Below, one piece after another: positions 54,143-64,000 of a stretch of DNA of 64,000 nt. The stretch covers positions 8,866,001 through 8,930,000 of the forward strand of contig OZ024745.1 in assembly GCA_964016885.1 (NCBI GenBank), in the 5' to 3' direction. The translations under genes and the position numbers were made by a program. The notes beneath the pieces were generated by a model that was given only the letters and a program-made list of their open reading frames with translations, did not search any database and was not told where the DNA came from. Within the stretch, counting starts at the first letter, position 1. Each line of letters begins with the position of its first letter. This DNA comes from Eledone cirrhosa (Eukaryota).

Positions 54143-54180
54143 GTCTAGACGTTTCGGACACTAGTCGTTCATCAGAGAAC
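54143..54180 (-). ncRNA. Minimal hammerhead-like motif
   Basis: gttct-CTGATGA-acgactagtgtcc-GAAA-cg-TC-tagac; intact core with imperfect stems. Confidence 0.45.
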
Positions 54181-55036
54181 AATGAAAATTTCAAGTGACC
54201 ACTTGCATCGAATATTCATTCACTCAATGAAAAGAGAAAAAGAAAAAAGAATTTGTTTCTATCAGAGTGGACTCAGATATAATGGATAGACAAAACTGTA
54301 TACATATATATATGGACCGGCAATCGCTCTGTGTAATCAGCTCCTGATTATTATAAGAATCCAGCTTCTATAATTTTCGGCAAAGGCTTTGATAAACGCC
54401 AACCAGCGAGAAACAGCTGTCACTCCCTCCCCCAGCCTTTGCCAAAAATAAGTAAGTGACATAGTCACTACTTTAAAACTGATAGCGAATAGTCTTGTAA
54501 ATGTTTTTAATTAAACATACAGTATATTGCCAAATATACTATTCATACATTCATATATATATATATATACGCGCTCATATATTCACCCAGCTTATGCTGA
54601 CAGAATAACTATGTAGCTTGTGCCCTTCCTATCTACGGTTAGCTTTCCTATTTGTTGTTACTTGTCTCACTCGCTTTACGCGTTTTAATTGTCCTAATAA
54701 CTTAATTTAGTTATTATTGCACCAACGTGAGGTATATGATTTTTAATGCAATGAAATATCTATGATCGTTGGCAAATCACTGATGAGGGACTCATTTTAT
54801 AACATGTATATATATATATATATATATATATAGGAAAAAGTTAGGATCCCGACGGCTGAGCTCCGGCCGTTTCGACAGCTAGATCCGAACTAAGCCAGCA
54901 GTATTAGGACGGCGGGAATCTAGCTGTCGAAACGGCCGGAGCTCATCCGTCGGATTCCTGACTTTCTCCTATTACCCACTCTACTACCCTAAGTATCGAG
55001 TACTCTGGTGTGTTATGGTCCACCTGGTTTCTTATC

Positions 55037-55306
55037 ACACCGGAAAAGGAGACGGCGGTTCGCGGGCCACATCCTTCGTTTGCCGGCAGATCGACTGCTC
55101 ATATTGCCATGGATTGGGTACCAGAGGGTGGCAGGAGAGAACGGGGAAGACCACGAAAAACATGCCGGAGCACATTCAGGGAGGACCTGCGGGAGATGGG
55201 AATTACCTGGAGAGGTGCTAGAAGGGCCGCCAGTGACAGGATCAAGTGGAGGGAGCTGGTCGCCCAATGTTCCACAAGGGACTGGAGGAACTATGACTAA
55301 GACTAA
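55037..55306 (+). mobile_element. 3' fragment of an RTE-like LINE
   Basis: RRRFAGHILRLPADR / AMDWVPEGGRRERGRPRKT..ASDRIKWRELVAQC; tail gactaagactaag. Confidence 0.8.
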
Positions 55307-55437
55307 GATATATATTTATATATTTATTTATATATTTATTTATTTATTTATTTATTTATCAGTTGATATTTTGTTCATCAACATTCCTTAGCTTTTGCTT
55401 TCTTTTTCTTACAAATACAACATTTAACTAAAATAAT

Positions 55438-56250
55438 TTGCATGTGTATATTTATGTGTATATGTATGTATGTGTATGTGTATGTGTATATGTATGTGTA
55501 TATGTATATACGTATATGTGTGTATATGTATATAATTCTATGTGTGTATATGTATATATGTATATGTATGTAGGTATGTATATATGTCTATGTGTGTGTA
55601 TGTATATGTGTCTATGTGTGTATATGTATATATATATATATGTCTATGTGTGTATATGTATATATGTCTATGTGTGTGTATGTATATATGTCTATGTGTG
55701 TATATGTATATACGTCTATGTGTGCATATGTATATATGTATATGTATGTAGGTATGTATATATGTCTATGTTTGTATATGTATATATATATATGTCTATG
55801 TGTGTATATGTATATACGTCTATGTGTGTATATATGTCTATGTGTGAATATGTATGTGTATATGTATATGTATATGTATATATGTCTATGTGTGTATATG
55901 TGTATATGTCTATGTGTGTATATGTATGTATATATGTCTATGTGTGTGTATGTATATATGTCTATGTGTGTGTATGTATATATGTCTATGTGTGTGTATG
56001 TATATATGTATATGTGTATATGTCTATGTGTGTATGTGTATATGTCTATGTGTGTGTATGTATATATGTCTATGTGTGTATATGTGTATATGTCTATGTG
56101 TGTATATGTATGTGTATATGTATGTGTATATGTCTATGTGTGTATGTATATACGTCTATGTGTGTGTATGTGTATATGTCTATGTGTGTGTATGTATGTG
56201 TATATGTCTATGTGTGTATGTATATACGTCTATGTGTGTGTATGTAGTAT
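55438..56250. repeat. Complex (TG/TA/TATG) low-complexity tract
   Basis: Direct inspection. Confidence 0.9.
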
Positions 56251-57013
56251 ACTGTTATGTTGTTATATTTCAATACATGAACACCTGTAAACTTGGTAGA
56301 CATACTTCCGTGTTTTCTCAGACTAAACACAGAATCATACTGAGGAATAACATTACAGTCAATTGAAATGACTTAACTGGAGATCGAACCTGTGCCGCCC
56401 ACTCCGCTGAAAAGACACTTACTGTCAAACATGCTAGTAAAGAGAATATGTAATTTCTTGTTGCTTTGATTAATATTGCATTTGGGACTTGACCGAGTGA
56501 AAGAGGTTATTATGAAATATGACTGGTTTTATTAGGGCGGGTGGCTAATTGCTTATGAATATATACATATATAGGTACACACGCGCGCGCGTGTGTGTGT
56601 GTGTATGTGTGTGTGTGTGTGTGATGATCGATGTTCTATGGGTTTTGATCCATGAAGTATAACGTTTAGCAACTGAAGTGGGGTGAAAACATCCCTAGTC
56701 TTGATCTATGTGGATGTAACACAATTAGATATAACCAGTTGTTTGATATATGTTCGCAGTGAACGGTATCGTCCATGAGGGACAAGAGAAAGTGGACAAT
56801 AAGCAAAGGTCAATTGAACCCCTCTAGATTCTCTGGTCTTTAATGCAGCGAAATAACCTGCCTTTTATATTTTATATTTATCTATTTGTGAAAAGGAAGG
56901 AGTGTATATTATTTAGCATATGTACTTCCCCTCTCTTCATATTTTCCCTCTTTCTTTTCTTGCACAAGAACACATCACACACATATACAAATACATATCA
57001 CACACACACACAC

Positions 57014-57076
<63 letters not shown>

Positions 57077-57080
57077 GTGT

Positions 57081-57134
<54 letters not shown>

Positions 57135-57253
57135 ATATAATATAATATAATGCTTGTAAGTACAAATTATTTATAAATTACACGTAAATAGATGCCTAAA
57201 TATGCGTTTATACATCAGTGTAAAATTAGGTAGAATATTAGCTCCTGTTTTTC

Positions 57254-57309
<56 letters not shown>

Positions 57310-57439
57310 AATAGGGTGCGCACAGGACAAAGACAATGGGAAAAAAAACCCAGAAAGTCGGACAGTCCAATCTCTGGAAATCACTACGGTGTCGGTTTTT
57401 AAAGGTCAATACCATTCATTTTAGCGCACATTTGGACAT

Positions 57440-57474
<35 letters not shown>

Positions 57475-57634
57475 TGTGTGTGTGTCAGAATTTGTTTAGT
57501 TCAATGTTTAGACCACTGAACCGGTATTTGAAAGATACAAAGTTCAATTCCCTTTACGGCTGCTGACCACTTGTTTTCCGTTAATAAGACACGATTTTGT
57601 AAGTATACAGTTATTTGGGGGATGTTCTAAGAAG

Positions 57635-57733
<99 letters not shown>

Positions 57734-58027
57734 TGTGTGTGTGTATGTGAGGAGTGTGTGTTTGTGTGTGTTTGTGCCTGGCGTTCTCATGTGGTTACTA
57801 GGATAGCATGACCTCAGCTTAAAACATTCATAGCGAGACTTATATATATGGGTTGGGATATAGCTGTTGAACGGCAGGAGCTCAGTCGTCGGGATCCCGA
57901 ATCCTTCATATATATATATGTGTGTGTGTGTGTGTGAGTGTATGTGTGTGTGTGGGGGGGGGGATATACATATATACATATATATACATACACGCATACG
58001 CACACACCTATACATGCGTGTGTACTT

Positions 58028-58117
<90 letters not shown>

Positions 58118-58377
58118 GGCATCAATAATATTAGTATACATACATACGTACAAGCATACATAAATAGAATTATACGTGAGAAAGAGTGTGTGAAAGAATG
58201 AAAATAAGAGAGAGAGAGAAACACTGCGTGTTGTGTGTGTGTGTACGTGCGTGCGTTTGTGTGTGTTCGGTTGAGGAAATAAAAATATAAATTTGCATCG
58301 AATCCTGACAGCATTTGTGTGTATATATACGTAAAAAAAAATATATAGGCCTCAACCTAATAAACATTATGTGGTTA

Positions 58378-58650
58378 TTGTGTATACATGTGTGTTGTAT
58401 ACATGTGTGTTGTATACATGTGTGTTGTATACATGTGTGTTGTGTACATGTGTGTTGTATACATGTGTGTTGTATACATGTGTGTTGTATACATGTGTGT
58501 TGTGTACTTGTGTGTTGTATACATGTGTGTTGTATACATGTGTGTTGTATACATGTGTGTTGTGTACATGTGTGTTGTATACATGTGTGTTGTATACATG
58601 TGTGTTGTATACATGTGTGTTGTATACATGTGTGTTGTATACATGTGTGC
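58378..58650. repeat. 15-bp tandem repeat
   Basis: Unit tgtatacatgtgtgt. Confidence 0.93.
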
Positions 58651-59560
58651 TGTATGCAAATGTGTAGGAGTTTAGATGCAAAATTTGTTTGCAACGCTCA
58701 CACTGTTTGTCTAAACACAACCTCCGCCATGTTACTTACGAAGCAATTGTTAGAAACGTAATTACTGACAATTTCCTCTTTCTAATTCATTCTTTTCTCT
58801 CCCCCTCTTCTCCCCCTCTTTCCTTTCTCTGTCTTTCTATCTATCTATTTTTCACTATATTCCCTTTCCCAACCCTCTCACCTCCCACGTCTCTTATTGT
58901 CAGTTCTTTCTTTGTATATTTAATTGCTGCTCTCTCTTGGAGTGTAAAAAATATATATAATTCTCTTTATTGAAAATTCAATAAAAGAAAAGGAAAAAGA
59001 AACATTTATAGTTCAATATACCCAAGAGACTTTATGTAGGCTTAACGTTTTAGATAGGTTGGGTACTTTCTTCTATTTCAACGGAGAAAACCGACCCGTC
59101 GCACTGATTTAAGTCCATCTCCCGACGGTCAAAGTAAAAGAATTGCAAGATTAAATGTCACAATATCTTTTGAAAACCTATGATCTATGGGCTTGATTTA
59201 CATGATCAACGCTCCACTACAAAAGCCGGCAACTTAGAGCAATTGTACTGTTGGCCTCTAATTAACACGGTTTTTCCTCTGTGATTTGCCAAACGTTCTT
59301 TCCAGTGAACGTGTCTTTAAGTGTTTAAAGAGTTTACGCATTTACGTGTATATGTATGGGACAAAAAGTACAGTTGAAAGCTGTGTGTATGTGTGTATGT
59401 GTGTATGTGTGTATGTGTGTATGTGTGAGTGTGTGTTTGCATGTGTGTTTTATACATTTATGTATATATAATATCACAAGTGCTGTTCTGTGGTATTTTC
59501 TTATATACATATACCTACATACAGAAACACATGCACCCATACACATACATATAAACATAC

Positions 59561-59621
<61 letters not shown>

Positions 59622-59831
59622 CATATATATATACATATGTATGTATGTATATATATGTGTATATATATGTGTGTATGTATATCTAGGTATATATGTATGT
59701 ATGTGTGTATATATATATATGTATATGTATCTAAATTTATACATATATATATATATCAATCAGACATATACATATATGCTTTATATGTATGTACATTATG
59801 TGTAATGTACATATATATATATATGTAATGT

Positions 59832-59956
<125 letters not shown>

Positions 59957-60440
59957 TTATATATATATAAGAGTGAGAAATGAAATTTCGTTTCATTCTT
60001 TTCCATATATATATATCGCACACACATACACACACATATATATATATATATCGCACACATATATATACCTACACACACACGCACGCACATACACACACAC
60101 ATATATATACACATATAGCCATCTCTCCATACATGCACACATACGTTTGTTTGTTTGTTTGTTTGTTTGTGTGTATGCGTCGGATTGATATTTATGTCAT
60201 TTGTTTCTAAAGTTATAGTCTCACACACATTCATCTGGACACATAGACACACAAGTATAAAACTCTACATGCATTCGTCTTGAATATTTCATTAAGAGCT
60301 CCGGCTGGCTACCTGTGAATGACTTTTGCTGTCTGTTTTATAAAATGGCATTCAAACGTCTAAGGGTTAATTCTGGTGGAAGTAATGCTATACAAACTGG
60401 AATAGTTTTCCCCGATCGGCCAGCAGAGAGGGGAAAAGAT

Positions 60441-60500
<60 letters not shown>

Positions 60501-61408
60501 GCGAACATCTTACTGATTAATTGAGACGACAAAACGCTATGGAAACCAACAAGACATTTCTGTTCTGTTGAACTCCTCTTTAGAAGGAGAACATAAGATT
60601 TACGAGCGAGCCAACGTTGATATCCGAACTCAACTTTCTTCCTAACTTGGCAGAAATTCTTCTTCTCTCATCAGCCATCAACTTATCGGTTTGCAACGCA
60701 GTTAGTCCCTGCAGATGACGTTTCTTGAATAATCAAGCGGATTGGTTCTTGGAGGGGAGAAAACCGGGACGGTTCCTATGCACATTTTTCAAAGCATACG
60801 TCCAATTTGCTGTTGTAATGAATGAAGGTAGTGGAACGAGAAAATTAATTCTAATACAATAAACTGCAATATTAAGAACAACCACTCACATTTCGGATTA
60901 ATTATTGACTGGTCTAAAGCCATCTTTCATCGAGACATTTAATTCCCTTGATCTAAACTTATGATGACAATCTTTACAAGCGAACTCGAAACAGCAGAAA
61001 GTTTTGTGAAAGAAGGGAGAAGCTGCAAATAAATAGGAATGTTTCACTTTTTACGCTCCATACATCACTTAACACTGATAAATTGAACTGCGAAGAATTC
61101 CGATGAAAACTTCCAGAATATCTTTCATTCAAATCACAATAGACTTTCTTCATCTATATTAAGAAAGAATGAAGACTGAAAAAACAACAACACATAGTAA
61201 GAAAAAAAAGCGCAAAAGAATTAATCATTTATATTTTGCTTCAATAAATACGATGCTGTTTTACGAGGTATTCGACATTTTTCAAACATCTAGAATTTGT
61301 TAGAGAATCTTTAAATCTAAAAGATGGAGGTTTCAAATCTTCTTACATTCACAATTTAACGTAATGAATTTAAAACCTGCTGTCATTATTTCGATGTCGA
61401 TAGGATTC

Positions 61409-61600
61409 GGGGCGGTGGATTGGCAGTATCGGTGGAGGGTCGGACGCCGTGCTTTACAGCACAGTTACGTCCCTTTACGAACTGAGTTCAAATCCCGCCG
61501 AGGTTAACTTTGCCTTTCATCCTTACGGGGTCGATAAAATAAAGTACCAGTAATACACTGGGATAATTGCTGGCCTTGTGCCAAATGTAGAAACAATTAT
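61409..61600 (+). mobile_element. Full-length SINE family A copy, same subfamily as the 43.4-46.9 kb array seed
   Basis: A-box tggcagtatcgg, B-box gagttcaaatcc and body. Confidence 0.85.
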
Positions 61601-62877
61601 TTTTTATAAATGTGAGGACGGTGGCGTAACGGTAGAGCGACGGACAACATGCTTAATATATTTAAACAGTGGTGTGCTCAGGCTCGGAGATACTTTAGAA
61701 TAGCTTATAAAATAGTGTGAAGACTCTTACAGATTGGAAAAGATGTCATCGGCCGCTACGAGGAATCGTAATGGTTCAAAGCGCCTAGCCGGTATTTAGG
61801 AGATACGAGGTTCGATTCCTCCGGCCGAGGAATGTCATCATTGACTATTAAAATAATCATGTTTTCCATAGCGGCTATGTAAGTCTGTCACACACCGATA
61901 TATCGTCTGGAACACCTTACACACAAAATGGCGGATGTCTGCATCAGTATTCTGATGTATAACATTGTGTTTTTCTTTAATCCACCAGAAGATTTGCAAA
62001 CCTTCCCACAATCTATTTTCCAGGATTTACAGATGTTGAATGTTTATCTGGTCTTATGAATTCGTTGGTGACCAATGAGGCCAGTCTTAGAAAGACATAT
62101 AAGACTACGAATACCGCAGACCAAGTTTACTTTAATTTACCTTACAAATTGTGCGTTTTTGTGCAGCTTGCTTAAATTCTACATGAAAAGTGAATGTTTT
62201 TCCTTCTTTCAAAAACCACTGTACCACTCTTTGTTCATTTTCTCCATTGGTGGCGAGGAAAAACAGTTCTTTCCCAGTTAACTTTACTCATTGCAAATGC
62301 TTTTAAAGAGGACTTTACATAAACCTTAAACTGTTCTGTTTGAGACCATTCTCTACAGGAATAAGTCCCATGTTTCCACAGACATAGATCCATGTTTCCA
62401 AGAGAGCTGAACAAGGACGTTTGCAGAGTATATTTCACAAGTTTGCCTTATTCCAAGTATTGATGGTTTTTGTTGATCAATGAAAACCTGGACATGGTTC
62501 ACATTCCGCCCATTACACCTCTCCTGTATTTTTCTTCTGTCTTACTGTGAAAATCATATCCATGGTCTTCCCTCCAGAATAGAAACCATACTAAGATTCG
62601 AGAAGGACATCAGCCACAAAGGATCTGTTCAGGTGGTTAAGAAGAATATTTGTCAGAACCTTACCAACAACTGACAATAACGTAACGCCTCTATGGTTGC
62701 CACATTTTTGTTCCAACAATTCCAGGAAACATTATTGTATCTGTTCAGGCCTTGGAAACAGCGCCATCTCCCAGAAATACATTGATAAGGTCGTGAGAGT
62801 TCTGTGGGATACGACTGCTACCCAAGAGTAAATACCACAACAGAGACTCAATCTGTAGCAAGATTCCATCTACTTAT

Positions 62878-63115
62878 TATCGTTGTTTATCTACTGAAGG
62901 TACACTATCTAAGGATGTGGTGACAGGTCGTTGTTTATCTACTGAAGGTACAATATCTAAGGATGTGGTGACAGGTTCATCTACTGAAGGTACACTATCT
63001 AAGGATGTGGTGACAGGTCGTTGTTTATTTACTGAAGATACAATATCTAAGGATGTGGTGACAGGTTCATCTACTGAAGGTACACTATCTAAGGATGTGG
63101 TGACAGGTCGTTGTT
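62878..63115. repeat. 48/42-bp alternating tandem repeat
   Basis: Unit aaggatgtggtgacaggt(cgttgttt|tc)atctactgaaggtacactatct. Confidence 0.88.
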
Positions 63116-63439
63116 CAATGGTGTTATTTACATCCACAACAGGGTCACATTTTAACACCAAACAAATGTCCAATTTAGTGACCTATGACTTCTGTTTTAG
63201 TGAATAAAGACATCATTAGAAAGCAAAGGAATCGAAGCAGAACTTTTAACCCCTATTTACTTGCCTCATGATGTAGCTTCTAGCTGTCAATAGTATCAGT
63301 GAAAGCTTCAGTTTCATGAACAAGACACTCAAACCAAGTCTCCTACGCCTGCCTAAGTGATGGATATATTTGAGATTTTGTTCTGGTAATGAATGCTAGA
63401 TTCCAGTGCTCCACTGTATCTCAGGATGGAAAGCTAACA

Positions 63440-63535
63440 AGGGCGTGGTTTGAACTCAAAACATAAAGGGGCGTAACTATATGCCACAATGCATGTTGTC
63501 TGATGCTCTACCAATTCTGCCAATCCACCGCCCTT
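63440..63535 (-). mobile_element. SINE family A 5' fragment
   Basis: Reverse complement ggcggtggattggcagaattggtagagcatcagacaacatgc...ttgagttcaaacc. Confidence 0.7.
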
Positions 63536-63584
63536 AGGATTTTCTTTTAATAAAGCCCAAATTACGTTTGTGGAATTGTACCCA

Positions 63585-64000
63585 CACACATTTATATACA
63601 CTCACATTTACATACACTTACACATTTATATACACTTACACACACTCACATTTATATACATTTACACATTTATATACACTTACACATTTATATACACTCA
63701 CATTTATATACACTTTCACATTTATATACACTTACACATTTATATACACTTACACATTTATATACACTTACACATTTATATACACTCACATTTATATACA
63801 CTTACACATTTACATACACTCACATTTACATACACTTACACATTTATATACACTTACACATTTATATACACTCGCATTTATATACACTTACACATTTATA
63901 TACACTCACATTTACATACACTTACACATTTATATACACTCACATTTATATACACTTACACATTTATATACACTTACACATTTATATACACTCACATTTA
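63585..64000. repeat. 16/18-bp tandem repeat running off the window
   Basis: Unit cacatttatatacact(ta). Confidence 0.93.

Noticed and set aside
61755-61830. tRNA-like sequence
   Set aside because: Has A/B-box-like motifs but no convincing acceptor stem; more likely a SINE head
62060-62870. Possible decayed coding sequence
   Set aside because: Only short ORFs with no family I can recognise

Overview
Repeat-rich, AT-rich animal DNA. The microsatellite load and SINE families suggest an octopus or other cephalopod, which is an inference. The one host gene is a SKOR/fussel (Ski-Sno family) corepressor on the minus strand. I reconstructed it as 8 phase-compatible coding exons (53991 to 26467, about 668 aa), with Ski/Sno DHD, SAND-like Smad-binding and C-terminal coiled-coil regions. 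The first 8.6 kb is a nest of non-LTR retrotransposons in (TAA)n: three Dong/R4-like pieces and a near-intact Tx1-like LINE. Four multi-kb minisatellite arrays are present, and two of them are amplified from within tRNA-derived SINE heads. The most striking unannotated signal is a set of about 10 type-I hammerhead ribozyme motifs of several distinct sequence families. They sit in short non-coding elements with direct or fold-back terminal duplications, mostly next to (TA)n tracts, resembling Penelope pLTR or retrozyme elements.
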